Assembly (NCBI GenBank): GCA_022486585.1
Contig: JAKVKI010000004.1
Location: 21,496 to 85,495 of the forward strand
Reading direction: 5' to 3'
DNA length: 64,000 nucleotides
DNA from: Megasphaera sp.
GTDB lineage: Bacteria > Bacillota > Negativicutes > Veillonellales > Megasphaeraceae
A model generated the notes under the pieces. It searched no databases and was not told where the DNA came from. It saw only the letters and a list, made by a program, of their open reading frames with translations. The first letter of the stretch is position 1; each line of letters begins with the position of its first letter. Positions 39,732 to 49,765 of this stretch are shown in pieces. A program made the translations under genes and the position numbers.

Positions 39732-40226
39732 ATGAAACGAGTAGAGGCTCTTTGGCAGAATCGGATTTATCGTCATTATTATCAGATCTTGCAGGAAGAT
39801 GAACAGGCGCGTGTATTTTGTTGCCACGATATGCAGCACTTCTTAGATGTGGCCCGCATAGCCTATATCCTAAGCATGGAACAACATATGGGCATTGCCA
39901 AGGAGGTCATTTATGCGGCGGCTTTGTTGCATGATCTGGGACGGGTCAAGGAATATGACAGGGGTATACCCCATGCTATGGCTGGCGTTGCGATAGCTAA
40001 TGAAATATTAGCGGCCTTGCCGGAGGAGGCAGAATTTACAGAAACAGAGAAAGAAGCCATTGTGGTCGCTATTGCGACACATCAAGAAGAGACTGGCGCG
40101 AAGGAGGCATCCTTAGCGAGGGTGCTTCAAAAAGCGGATCGACTTTCGCGGCCGTGTTATCTTTGTCGTGTCAGGAGCCAGTGCAAGTGGCCAAAAGAAA
40201 AAATGAATACAACGATTGTTGAATAA
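39732..40226 (+). CDS. HD-domain phosphohydrolase with Cys-rich C-terminus
   Basis: CHDMQH, AALLHDLGR, AIATH, KADRLSRPCYLC; starts 1 nt after the folE2 stop. Confidence 0.82.
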   Translation: MKRVEALWQNRIYRHYYQILQEDEQARVFCCHDMQHFLDVARIAYILSMEQHMGIAKEVIYAAALLHDLGRVKEYDRGIPHAMAGVAIANEILAALPEEAEFTETEKEAIVVAIATHQEETGAKEASLARVLQKADRLSRPCYLCRVRSQCKWPKEKMNTTIVE

Positions 40227-40292
40227 TGGGTACGTTGGCGGGACGGTTATGAAGAAGTCAGTATGGCCCGTTGTTGTGATTGATAGCACCAT

Positions 40293-40351
40293 AAAAAGAT
40301 CCCCTGTGGGCAAGGTAAGGAATATCTTGTCCACAGGGGATCTTGCTTTTT
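40293..40351. terminator. Bidirectional terminator
   Basis: AAAAAGATCCCCTGTGGGCAAGGTA...TATCTTGTCCACAGGGGATCTT between convergent genes. Confidence 0.85.
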
Positions 40352-40357
40352 GGAAAA

Positions 40358-41659
40358 TTATTTTTGTAAAATAGGCACGACTTTAGTGCAATGAGGCATG
40401 ACGTTGATCGTATAGTCTGTTTTACCTTGTTCGCGCAGTTTCTGCTGGGCTAAGTCCCAGGCTTCTTGTACTGTGGCCACAGGAATCTGGGCAGTACGAC
40501 GGATATCATCGAAGTTTTCCGGACGAGTGACGAGGATGACGGTGCATCGTTTAGCCAATACATATTGCTTGTAAGCAACGAAGAAGGGAATGGTGAATTT
40601 TGCGCGAAGCGCTGCTTCCATTTCTTCGGCCGTATCGTAAATGAAACTCCCCATATACGCTGGCGGTTCTTTAATATCCCGTGCTTCCATAATGGCAATG
40701 ACGATACCACCATCTTTAACGGCAGCTTCAGCCGGATCATAGCATTTGCTGCCCTGATATAAGCTGACGTCATTTGGATAGCCGCCAGCACAGGCAAATA
40801 CGACATCGGTTTTTTGTTTCATCGGGACCTTCTGGATATTGACGACCTGTTTTGTACCTTCGAGCCAGGCTTCATACCAGTCACCGCCGACCATACTGCA
40901 AATTTCACCTTCTGCGTTGATGACGGAGTGGACCAGGAAGCAAGGGCTGACTTTGCTGCAGGCTTCGATCATATCGTCGTTCAAGGGGTTATTGGTGATC
41001 TTTAGGGAGCGGGTCAACGGATTGACGCCACCGCCCGGAGTATCAGCCAGGGCATGGCAATGGTTGCGCTGAATCGTGTCATAACTGGAGACCCCTGGCA
41101 GGATGAGCTTGCGGCCACCACCAAAACCAGCAAATAAATGTGTCGTAATACCATCGATCAAGATGACTTTGTCGGCGTTGACGACGTGTTTATTCAGTTT
41201 AAGCGGCGTGCCGATCTTCGTAGTGCCGAAGTCGACAAGTTCGGGATCGAGGCAGTCGTGTTGGTATGTCTTGATGCGTTGCAACACTTCTTTGCCACAG
41301 ACGCGTTCATCTTCTGCCGGTGTTTGGGCGCGATGCGACCCTTGCGCAAAGACAATGCACATATCTTTATCAGGTACTCCGCCGAGATTCAATTCATCGA
41401 CGATGTATTTGAGAAATTGGTTTGATTTATTCCAGGTACGAGTTACATCGGCTACGACAAGGCAAACTTTATCACCCTTGCAGACTTTTTGCTGTAACGG
41501 TTCGCTGCCAATAGGATGACGCATACACTGGATCGTTGCTTCTTTGACATTTACTGTGGGGACGTTTCGTCCTTCCATGACATCAGAAATGTGTTCTTCC
41601 GGCAGGCTTACTTTTTGGAAGGTATCACCAATACCGAAGGTAAATTCTTTTAATGACAT
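40358..41659 (-). CDS. larA: LarA-family nickel-pincer-dependent racemase/epimerase
   Basis: PIGS, DVTR, GSHR, GTTKIGTP, HLFAGFGGGRK.ILPG, GGYP.D..LYQ..K. Confidence 0.88.
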   Translation of the reverse strand: MSLKEFTFGIGDTFQKVSLPEEHISDVMEGRNVPTVNVKEATIQCMRHPIGSEPLQQKVCKGDKVCLVVADVTRTWNKSNQFLKYIVDELNLGGVPDKDMCIVFAQGSHRAQTPAEDERVCGKEVLQRIKTYQHDCLDPELVDFGTTKIGTPLKLNKHVVNADKVILIDGITTHLFAGFGGGRKLILPGVSSYDTIQRNHCHALADTPGGGVNPLTRSLKITNNPLNDDMIEACSKVSPCFLVHSVINAEGEICSMVGGDWYEAWLEGTKQVVNIQKVPMKQKTDVVFACAGGYPNDVSLYQGSKCYDPAEAAVKDGGIVIAIMEARDIKEPPAYMGSFIYDTAEEMEAALRAKFTIPFFVAYKQYVLAKRCTVILVTRPENFDDIRRTAQIPVATVQEAWDLAQQKLREQGKTDYTINVMPHCTKVVPILQK

Positions 41660-41789
41660 AACATATCACCGCTTTTTTAAAATTTTAATTGTGCATAAAG
41701 TATAGCACTATAAAAATATATAGCAAGATATATAATACACAATAATCGTTTAACGTAAACGATGCAAATTTGTAACATTTCTTATGTTT

Positions 41790-42641
41790 TTAGATATTAC
41801 CTATGTAGACATAGCGTAAATATTGTTTTGCTTTGTCGGCCAAGGCATACAAGGTGTTTACCGATGTTGCCGCTGTTGTCATATGATAGCGCGGGAAATA
41901 CCGTGTAATATGAAGCGGTATATCAGGGCGCAACGATGCCAGCCAGGCAGCTTCCCTGTCCATATCGTCGATGCTGTCATTTTTACCAGGCACGATAAGT
42001 GTCGTTATTTCTACATGAGAGACGGCGGCAGCCAGGCTGATCGTGCGCATGACAGGAGACAAGGAGCCGTGGCATATTGAGCGGTAATAGTCCTCTTGAA
42101 AGGATTTCAGATCGATGTTCCAGGCATCAATAAAGGGCAGCAGGCCTTGTAAGGGCTTTTCCTCGATGTACCCGTTGGTGACCATGACATTGACCAGATC
42201 GGCCTCATGGATGAGTGGAGCTGTCTGCCTGATGAATTCATACCATACGACTGGTTCGTTATACGTATACGCCAGGCCTATATTGCCATGTTCCTTTTCC
42301 TGTATGGCCAAGGCAGCGGCTTCTTGAGGCGTTATAGTATGGCAGGAACTGTGGCATTGGGAAATCTCCCAGTTTTGGCAAAACGAGCAGGCTAAATTAC
42401 ATCCCCATGAGCCGAGAGACAGAATCAGGCTGCCAGGGTGGAAGCGGCGCAGCGGCTTTTTTTCTATAGGATCCATGGCCGCTGATGTACATTGACCATA
42501 GTTCAGTGTTGTCAGCAGACCGTGGTCATTATAGCGGCAGCGGCATGCCCCGCTGACTCCAGGTAACAGATGACAATGATGGGGACAGAGTTGGCACATT
42601 ACGGTGTCGTTATCTTGTTTTGTGTAATATAAAGCTTCCAT
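41790..42641 (-). CDS. amrS: AmmeMemoRadiSam system radical SAM enzyme
   Basis: CQLCPHHC, DPIEKKPL..F.PGS, GCNLACSFCQNWEIS, AYTYNEP. Confidence 0.9.
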   Translation of the reverse strand: MEALYYTKQDNDTVMCQLCPHHCHLLPGVSGACRCRYNDHGLLTTLNYGQCTSAAMDPIEKKPLRRFHPGSLILSLGSWGCNLACSFCQNWEISQCHSSCHTITPQEAAALAIQEKEHGNIGLAYTYNEPVVWYEFIRQTAPLIHEADLVNVMVTNGYIEEKPLQGLLPFIDAWNIDLKSFQEDYYRSICHGSLSPVMRTISLAAAVSHVEITTLIVPGKNDSIDDMDREAAWLASLRPDIPLHITRYFPRYHMTTAATSVNTLYALADKAKQYLRYVYIGNI

Positions 42642-42696
42642 GAAGCAGCTACCTCCCTCATCTACACGACAGGTTCTTGATCATGCTGGCAGCAGG

Positions 42697-44055
42697 TTAT
42701 TTGTACCGGGTTACAGTGAAACGGTATAAATCCGGTCGCACTTGTGGTGGTATGCAGGCCTTTTCCTTAGCAATATCGATTTGCTGTTGTACTGTGTCTA
42801 CGCCTTCCAGGTCAGGAAGGAGCAAGCCCGTCTGGGCGTGACTCATGACGATGACACCGTATTTTTTAGGATCCAGTTCCTGCGGTGATGATACAGATTC
42901 AGGTGTACCTAACACATCGACAGAGATGTCAATGCCATCTAACTCATCTAAGCTTACAGGATAGAAACGAGGGTCTTTTGTCGCAGCAGATACAGCGTTG
43001 TGGATGATTTCACTGGCAATATTCATTTGTATAGGCAGAAACGTACCGATACAGCCTCGCAAGTTGCCGGCCTTATGAAGGGATACAAAGGCGCCGGCTC
43101 GTTCTTGCAACTCGTCAGGCAAATCAGGTGGTACTGCCATGAAATGATGATGCTGGAGATAGTACGAAATACTCTGCCGGGCTAACTGGACGCGAATATC
43201 TGTGACAACGCGTTCATCCCGCGGGCGTTCACCGTCGTGCTGGTACAAGACGACACCATAACCGACACCGAAAGGGCCTTCATAGGAATACACCGGCATA
43301 GCATTCGTTCCGCCGCCGATGGCACCGAAGAGAAAATAGACAGATGGGAGCCCGCACATGCCGGCTTCGTCAATCAGTGTAGCTGTCATGGAGCGGAGAA
43401 TAGACGGGTCCTGCCGTTTTAAAGCAGACATGACGGTCTTATCAAAGATTTCTCCACTTGGTGAATACCCATTAGGAGAGCCTTCCAGGAGACGGTGTGA
43501 TAAATCACCGGAAGCGATGATGGCAATGCGCCGGCCTAGCTTTTCAGCGGCTTTAATGACTAATCCGCCTAAGGCTGTCATGGCGTCGTAATTATCGAAA
43601 CGGGGTGCCATAAGGACGATGGAACCGCCGAAACCGGCTTGACGCAAATAATAGAGAGGCACGAACGCACCCTGATCGAGGAAGACCGTGTGGCCGTATT
43701 TTTCTCCCCAGTGGTTATCGATGCGGTGCAATGCTGTTACGCCATTTGCCTGATGAATGATTTCTTCAGCAAGGTCCATATCTGTAGCCCATTCCATGGA
43801 TAGTTCGGGGTAGCCATAATCGCCTAAGTTGCCATATATACGCGGTTCGGGAAAAATAGCTGCACCGTCAGAAAAAATATAGTTATGAGGGGAAATAATG
43901 ACAATCGTATCGGGATGCTGCGCTGTAATCATAGTTGAAGCATCGCTTACGGCCTGTACGGTAGCGTCCATTTTTTGTAATTCCTGACCGCCGATTTCCG
44001 GTATCATAATAGGCGGATGAGGGAATAAAGCGGCACTAGTGCAAATGCGTTCCAT
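42697..44055 (-). CDS. amrA: AmmeMemoRadiSam system Memo/LigB-like plus AMMECR1 fusion protein
   Basis: N-terminal PHPP, ISPH, ASGDLSH, YEGPFGVGY; C-terminal GAFVSL...LRGCIGT, DPRF, GLLLPDLEGV. Confidence 0.88.
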   Translation of the reverse strand: MERICTSAALFPHPPIMIPEIGGQELQKMDATVQAVSDASTMITAQHPDTIVIISPHNYIFSDGAAIFPEPRIYGNLGDYGYPELSMEWATDMDLAEEIIHQANGVTALHRIDNHWGEKYGHTVFLDQGAFVPLYYLRQAGFGGSIVLMAPRFDNYDAMTALGGLVIKAAEKLGRRIAIIASGDLSHRLLEGSPNGYSPSGEIFDKTVMSALKRQDPSILRSMTATLIDEAGMCGLPSVYFLFGAIGGGTNAMPVYSYEGPFGVGYGVVLYQHDGERPRDERVVTDIRVQLARQSISYYLQHHHFMAVPPDLPDELQERAGAFVSLHKAGNLRGCIGTFLPIQMNIASEIIHNAVSAATKDPRFYPVSLDELDGIDISVDVLGTPESVSSPQELDPKKYGVIVMSHAQTGLLLPDLEGVDTVQQQIDIAKEKACIPPQVRPDLYRFTVTRYK

Positions 44056-44135
44056 ATAAGTACCTCCTTTTCAGGTTACTCTGTAATAGATGTGATACGT
44101 ATTTTCAATACAATCGTTCAACCCCATTATACCAT

Positions 44136-44173
44136 AAAAAAACGACCAGCTCGCATAGGGAACTGGTCGTTTT
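44136..44173 (-). terminator. Terminator of the phosphoethanolamine transferase gene
   Basis: AAAAAAACGACCAG...CTGGTCGTTTT. Confidence 0.75.
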
Positions 44174-44193
44174 AACGGATATACTAATGAATA

Positions 44194-46047
44194 TTAGAAT
44201 TCAGGGTCCTCGGTAAGACTGGTCTTGCCGAATCGTGTGACCAGGTCTGCTTTGCCCATATGCCATTGTGGCGAAGCCAGGCTGTAAGAAGGGTCATAGT
44301 TGGGTGACTGCATATTAAGGAGGCCGCAGATGAATTCATATTCTAAATCGTTGGTGAAATAGTTATTCGTATGTTCTTTGATGGTATCGGTGATTTGTGG
44401 GTTGCGACGTTGATATTCATCAGATAAGTAACAGAACATGGGAATGCGCAGTACTTTAAAGCTGTCGCCGTCAGGAGCACGGCCAACATCAGGATCGCTG
44501 CCATGATCGGAAAAATAGACCATAGCATCGAGATTCAGGTTTTTACGAGCGTAATCATATACCTGAGATAAGAACCAGTCCGTATACAAAACGGTGTTAT
44601 CAAAATCAGCTTCTTGATTTACTGTGCCGTCGTTGAATTGCTGGAATTCTACAGGATAACGGTTGCGATATTCGATGTGACTGCCCATGATATGGAGGAC
44701 GACGAAATTCTTTTCATTCGGGTCGACTTGTTTTAAGAAATGGAGCAAAGCTTCATCATGCGTAGATTCCTTCAAGTCCCGGTCGACCCATTCGGATACG
44801 TCAGCCGTATTGGCGACCAGTGTAATTGGTGTGTCCGCTACGCCGACAGAGCCTTGATTACTGAACCAGTACGTCTTATAGCCGGCTTTTTTTGCCATAT
44901 CGATAATAGAGATAGATTCATTGAATTGTTTGTCGTTATAGAAATTAGATTCTGTAAGCGCATGTTCCAGTACAGGCACGGTGTACCAAACACAACTGTA
45001 GACATTTGTAAACAAAGTGAAGTTGGGATTGTTTTTTTGCCCGGTCAGCCAGGGCGTATTGGGAACGTGTTCAGGGTTATATGCATTCATCAATGTCCGT
45101 GTTTCCGATTCGCCAATAACGACGATGATCGTATTTGGGTCATTAGCTGGCGTTAGCTGTACGGCTTGTAGCTTGGCGAATTTATCAGAATGATTTTCTG
45201 CATATAAGGCAGAGCGTTCCATGTAGTCATGCGTATCTAAAAAGGTACGGATAGGGAAGCATTCCGGGAATATTTCGTCGCCTAACGCTGCGGCAGACGG
45301 GAAGATGATGAGCAGTGATAAAAGGGGCAGTGCTTTACGATAGAAGGGGCTCAGAGGCAATTCTTTTTGTTTAAAATTCAGCCAATACAGACTGAAAATA
45401 GTGGCGCTAACGAATAGTGCAATAGCAGCTACTTTCAGGAGACCTAAGGAATGGAAAAATTCCAGTGTTTCTGCCGGGCCGGTCTGGCAAATGAGTAAAG
45501 CTCCTGAAGTGGTAATACTTGAGTGGTACAGACCAAAATAGACCCATTGCAAGGCAATGATAAAAAAAGAGGCAAACTGAATGATCGTCATGAGGGCAGC
45601 ACCCAGCTTGTGTCTTAAAAATTGCCGGATGATCATGTTGAGACAAAAGAGAATGGAGAACAAATAAAGCCCTGTATATATATCATATATATTATTCAAG
45701 TAAATCGTATTTTTGTTGATTAAAGTGATATAACTGAGATATGGTCCGGTAATGACCCAGCCAGCAGCAATGATCGCTGGCGGCAGGACGGTTTTCCAAG
45801 TTGCGTATTTCCAATATAAGCCTAATGATATGATGATCGCAGCAATAGCAGGGATGAGACCTAATGTCATATCTTCAATGTTGTCGGGACCGAGACCGAG
45901 GGAAATGTACATTTCCCACTGGAAACACAAGGCATAGATAATAGCAAAAATGAGCAATAAATGTAAAAGCGTGCGTTTGGCTCCAGAGGGAAATAGGATT
46001 TTCCATGGGAGCTTCGGCTGATGATGACTTTTTTCTGGCATGGACAT
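44194..46047 (-). CDS. Phosphoethanolamine transferase (EptA/CptA-like, sulfatase fold)
   Basis: N-terminal TM helices; VVIGES, YKTYWFSNQ, VLHIMGSH, DNTVLYTD, YFSDHG. Confidence 0.88.
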   Translation of the reverse strand: MSMPEKSHHQPKLPWKILFPSGAKRTLLHLLLIFAIIYALCFQWEMYISLGLGPDNIEDMTLGLIPAIAAIIISLGLYWKYATWKTVLPPAIIAAGWVITGPYLSYITLINKNTIYLNNIYDIYTGLYLFSILFCLNMIIRQFLRHKLGAALMTIIQFASFFIIALQWVYFGLYHSSITTSGALLICQTGPAETLEFFHSLGLLKVAAIALFVSATIFSLYWLNFKQKELPLSPFYRKALPLLSLLIIFPSAAALGDEIFPECFPIRTFLDTHDYMERSALYAENHSDKFAKLQAVQLTPANDPNTIIVVIGESETRTLMNAYNPEHVPNTPWLTGQKNNPNFTLFTNVYSCVWYTVPVLEHALTESNFYNDKQFNESISIIDMAKKAGYKTYWFSNQGSVGVADTPITLVANTADVSEWVDRDLKESTHDEALLHFLKQVDPNEKNFVVLHIMGSHIEYRNRYPVEFQQFNDGTVNQEADFDNTVLYTDWFLSQVYDYARKNLNLDAMVYFSDHGSDPDVGRAPDGDSFKVLRIPMFCYLSDEYQRRNPQITDTIKEHTNNYFTNDLEYEFICGLLNMQSPNYDPSYSLASPQWHMGKADLVTRFGKTSLTEDPEF

Positions 46048-46165
46048 AAGAAGTAACCTTTCTGTAAATATGTTGTAAACGTTACAGTATCGTCCATATT
46101 ATACAACAAAAGGAAGACCGAGAATAGATAGAAAAATAATAGTTATAAAAAAATGAAAAAAGCCC

Positions 46166-46194
46166 TTGCCAAAAGCATTAAATAATGGTAGAAT
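46166..46194 (+). promoter_or_regulatory. tRNA operon promoter
   Basis: TTGCCA-17 bp-TAGAAT with extended TG and an upstream A-rich element. Confidence 0.75.
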
Positions 46195-46240
46195 AGTCCT
46201 TGTTCGAGGCAAGAATTGAGTAGCTGAGAACTGGAGAAAC

Positions 46241-46317
46241 GGCCTCGTGGTGTAGCGGTTTAACATGTCGCCCTGTCACGGCGAAGATCGTCGGTTCAAA
46301 TCCGATCGAGGTCGCCA
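46241..46317 (+). tRNA. tRNA-Asp (GTC)
   Basis: Cloverleaf; anticodon arm TCGCC-CTGTCAC-GGCGA; GGTTCAAATCC; encoded CCA. Confidence 0.97.
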
Positions 46318-46324
46318 TTTTTTT

Positions 46325-46400
46325 GCTCAGGTAGCTCAGTCGGTAGAGCAGGGGACTGAAAATCCCCGTGTCGGCGGTTCAATTCCGTCCCTGAGCACCA
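46325..46400 (+). tRNA. tRNA-Phe (GAA)
   Basis: Anticodon arm GGGGA-CTGAAAA-TCCCC; GGTTCAATTCC; CCA. Confidence 0.97.
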
Positions 46401-46412
46401 ACAATTTAATAT

Positions 46413-46498
46413 GCGGTCGTGGCGGAATGGCAGACGCGCTACTTTGAGGGGGTAGTGAACGAAAGTTCATATGGGTTCAAGTCCCATCGACCGCACCA
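46413..46498 (+). tRNA. tRNA-Leu (GAG)
   Basis: Anticodon arm CTACT-TTGAGGG-GGTAG, long variable arm, GGTTCAAGTCC, CCA. Confidence 0.95.
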
Positions 46499-46510
46499 AC
46501 CTAACAAACA

Positions 46511-46547
46511 AGCACTTCGTGAGGTTTTCACGAGGCGCTATTTTTTT
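46511..46547 (+). terminator. tRNA operon terminator
   Basis: AGCACTTCGTGA...TCACGAGGCGCT followed by ATTTTTTT. Confidence 0.75.
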
Positions 46548-47106
46548 ATCTGATAACAAGTTATCTTGAACAGTTTGACAATATCAGACAACAGTTCACC
46601 TATAATCGTGTTCCTAATGGCACCAGTTGATATTGTGTAAGATTATGAGCAGCTGTCATTTTTTGTGGTACTAGTCAGGGATTACAATACGTAAGAATAT
46701 GGCCCTTGCAGATCTAAGATTCTCAGCTCCTGCTGAGGGTCTTTTTTGTTGTAGAAGCGGTAGCGACAGCGGTTATGCATGAAGTGACGTTATGGATAAC
46801 AATAGTTGTAATTCTAATATGATATTTTATATAGTAAAAAGGTAAAATTGCATGTATAATGAGAATAAGGACACTGTATAAATGATAAATTATACTTGCA
46901 TTTTTTGGTGAGATAAGCAATTACGTTTCTGAAAATGTAATACGGGACTATAAACGTCCCGACAATATCATTTTTTGCCCACTTTCCCCTTGCGCAATTG
47001 ACGGAAATATCATAAAATATTTTTATGGAAAACGTAAATCAGTAAGGGCGATTATCCGGGTGTTTTATTATCATGTCCATACCAATGGAGCAAAGGAAGG
47101 GTTCTT

Positions 47107-47982
47107 ATGTTAGATTTTCGTATCCATACATTTTTGTGTGTCTGCCGGTATATGAATTATACAAAAGCAGCAACGGCATTGCAAATCACCCAGCCAGCCG
47201 TATCACAGCACATCCGGTATTTGGAAAAGGAATACGGTATGAAGCTGTTTGATTATACAGGCAAACGCTTAGCGCTGACAGAGGCGGGGCATATTTTATT
47301 GAATGCTGCGACAACAATTTCTCATGATGATACTATGTTGAAACAGAACCTGGTGGATTTAAAGATGAATTATAAATCCCTGCGTTTTGGTGTCACTCAT
47401 ACTATTGGCGAGTCTGAAATCATGGAGAAATTGGCAGGGTATCTGCGCCAACATCCGGAAATGAATCTATATATGGAAATCGGAGATGCAGCAGATCTTC
47501 TTACAGCAATTAACGAAGGTAAAATCGATTTTGCTGTTATAGAAGGATTTTTTGATCAATCAGAATATGAAACACTGCTTTTTGGAACAGAAGTGCTCAC
47601 GGCGGTCTGCCATCCTGATTATGAAGCACCATCAGAAATGACAGTAGGAGAATTGCTGAATAAGCGGATTATTCTCCGCGAGCCGGGATCTGGTACGCGT
47701 ACTTTAGTGGAACAGGTGTTGGCGGAGCAGGGAGTATCTGTTGCGAACTTCCAGCAACGATATGAAGTGGGCAGTCCGCAAGCTATAAAAGAATTAGCAG
47801 AAAGAGGTTGCGGTATTGGCTTCTTATTTGAACAATCTGTTTCAAAAGAAATCAGCAATGGCGTACTGCGGCGTATCCATATTCAAGGGTGCGATGGGAC
47901 ACACACAAGTACATTTATTTGGCGCAAGGGCAGTATGTACAGTACGATGTTTAGATATATATATGATCAACTAAAAAGTTGA
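47107..47982 (+). CDS. LysR-family transcriptional regulator (CysL/YeiE-like)
   Basis: NYTKAATALQITQPAVSQHIRYLE HTH; REPGSGTR. Confidence 0.92.
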   Translation: MLDFRIHTFLCVCRYMNYTKAATALQITQPAVSQHIRYLEKEYGMKLFDYTGKRLALTEAGHILLNAATTISHDDTMLKQNLVDLKMNYKSLRFGVTHTIGESEIMEKLAGYLRQHPEMNLYMEIGDAADLLTAINEGKIDFAVIEGFFDQSEYETLLFGTEVLTAVCHPDYEAPSEMTVGELLNKRIILREPGSGTRTLVEQVLAEQGVSVANFQQRYEVGSPQAIKELAERGCGIGFLFEQSVSKEISNGVLRRIHIQGCDGTHTSTFIWRKGSMYSTMFRYIYDQLKS

Positions 47983-48032
47983 TATCATACTGCCATTTAT
48001 ATTTTTCATGCATATCTGAAAGGGTGAAGAGT

Positions 48033-48725
48033 ATGTTATATTCAACAGAAGTTAAGAATATGTGTCCTATCAAAAAGGGTGCATATCATGGTCCGGCACC
48101 GATTCCAGAAGAAGGCGAATGGGTACAGGCTAAAGAAATTAAAGATATTAGCGGCCTGACACATGGTATTGGCTGGTGTGCTCCGCAGCAAGGGGCTTGC
48201 AAGCTGACACTTAACGTCAAAGAAGGTATCATTGAAGAAGCTCTTATTGAAACGATTGGTTGTTCCGGCATGACACATTCTGCTGCTATGGCTTCGGAAA
48301 TCCTTCCGGGCAAAACACTTCTTGAAGCACTCAATACGGACCTCGTTTGCGATGCTATCAACGTTGCAATGCGTCAGCTGTTCTTGCAGATCGTTTATGG
48401 TCGTACACAGACAGCGTTCTCTGAAGGCGGATTGCCAATCGGCGCCAGCTTGGATGATCTCGGTAAAGGCCTGCGCAGCCAGACCGGCACTATGTTTGGT
48501 ACAAAAGCTAAAGGCACTCGTTATTTGGAATTGACTGAAGGATATATTACCCGCATGGCTCTTGATGAAGAAAAACAAGTCATTGGCTATGAATTCATCC
48601 ATCTCGGCAAAATGATGGAAGCAATTAAAAAAGGCGTAGAACCAGCAAAAGCAATGGAAGACGCTAAAGGCCATTATGGCCGCTTCGAAGAAGCTGATTC
48701 GTATATTGATCCGAGACAACAATAG
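48033..48725 (+). CDS. IscU/NifU-like protein associated with GGGtGRT proteins
   Basis: GWCAPQQGACKLTL, ETIGCSGMTHS, NTDLVCDAIN; SD-supported ATG 48033. Confidence 0.78.
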   Translation: MLYSTEVKNMCPIKKGAYHGPAPIPEEGEWVQAKEIKDISGLTHGIGWCAPQQGACKLTLNVKEGIIEEALIETIGCSGMTHSAAMASEILPGKTLLEALNTDLVCDAINVAMRQLFLQIVYGRTQTAFSEGGLPIGASLDDLGKGLRSQTGTMFGTKAKGTRYLELTEGYITRMALDEEKQVIGYEFIHLGKMMEAIKKGVEPAKAMEDAKGHYGRFEEADSYIDPRQQ

Positions 48726-48737
48726 GAGGGGCTACAT

Positions 48738-49748
48738 ATGGAATTGTTTGAAAGCTACGATAGAAGAATTGATAAAATCCTTGGCGTACTCAAGGAATAT
48801 GGCATTACTAGTGTAGAAGAATGCCGCGATATCTGTGCTGCTGCTGGCATTGACCCGTATAAGATCGTTAAAGATGTACAGCCGATTGCTTTTGAAAATG
48901 CTGGCTGGGCATACACAGCAGGTGCTGCTATTGCCATCAAAACCAATGCTCGTACAGCTGTTGAAGCTGCAAAAGCACTTGGTATCGGTCTCCAGTCCTT
49001 CTGCATTCCTGGTTCTGTTGCTGAAGATCGTAAAGTTGGCCGTGGTCATGGTAATTTGGCAGCTATGCTGCTTCAGAACGAAACTAAATGTTTCTGTTTC
49101 CTCGCAGGCCATGAATCCTTTGCCGCTGCTGAAGGGGCTATCGGTATCGTCCGCAATGCGAATAAAGCTCGTAAAGTACCTCTGCGCGTTATCTTGAACG
49201 GTCTTGGCAAAGATGCAGCACAGATCATTTCCCGCATTAATGGGTTTACATATGTACAGACACAGTTCGACTACAAAACAAGCAAGTTGAACATCGTCCG
49301 TGAAATCCCTTATTCTAAAACGGAACGTGCTGCTGTTCGTTGCTTCGGTGCTGATGATGTCCGTGAAGGCGTAGCTATTATGCATCACGAAGGTGTTGAC
49401 GTTTCCATTACAGGGAACTCGACTAACCCGACTCGTTTCCAGCATCCTGTTGCAGGTACATATAAAAAAGAATGTATCGAAATGGGCAAGAAGTACTTCT
49501 CCGTTGCTTCTGGCGGCGGCACTGGCCGTACGCTCCATCCGGATAACATGGCAGCTGGTCCTGCTTCCTACGGCATGACAGATACGATGGGCCGTATGCA
49601 CTCGGATGCTCAGTTTGCTGGTTCTTCTTCTGTACCGGCTCACGTAGAAATGATGGGCTTCCTCGGCATGGGCAACAACCCTATGGTTGGTGCATCTGTA
49701 GCCGTAGCTGTAGCTGTTGAAGAAGCAGCAAAAGCTGGTAAATTCTAA
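48738..49748 (+). CDS. GGGtGRT protein (function unknown)
   Basis: Eponymous SGGGTGRTLHPDN motif; AGHESFAAAEGA; strong SD AGGAGG. Confidence 0.88.
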   Translation: MELFESYDRRIDKILGVLKEYGITSVEECRDICAAAGIDPYKIVKDVQPIAFENAGWAYTAGAAIAIKTNARTAVEAAKALGIGLQSFCIPGSVAEDRKVGRGHGNLAAMLLQNETKCFCFLAGHESFAAAEGAIGIVRNANKARKVPLRVILNGLGKDAAQIISRINGFTYVQTQFDYKTSKLNIVREIPYSKTERAAVRCFGADDVREGVAIMHHEGVDVSITGNSTNPTRFQHPVAGTYKKECIEMGKKYFSVASGGGTGRTLHPDNMAAGPASYGMTDTMGRMHSDAQFAGSSSVPAHVEMMGFLGMGNNPMVGASVAVAVAVEEAAKAGKF

Positions 49749-49765
49749 TATAGATATAGCATGTC

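Noticed and set aside
46241-47106. Prophage or ICE integrated at the tRNA cluster
   Set aside because: No integrase and no duplicated tRNA 3' end seen in the window
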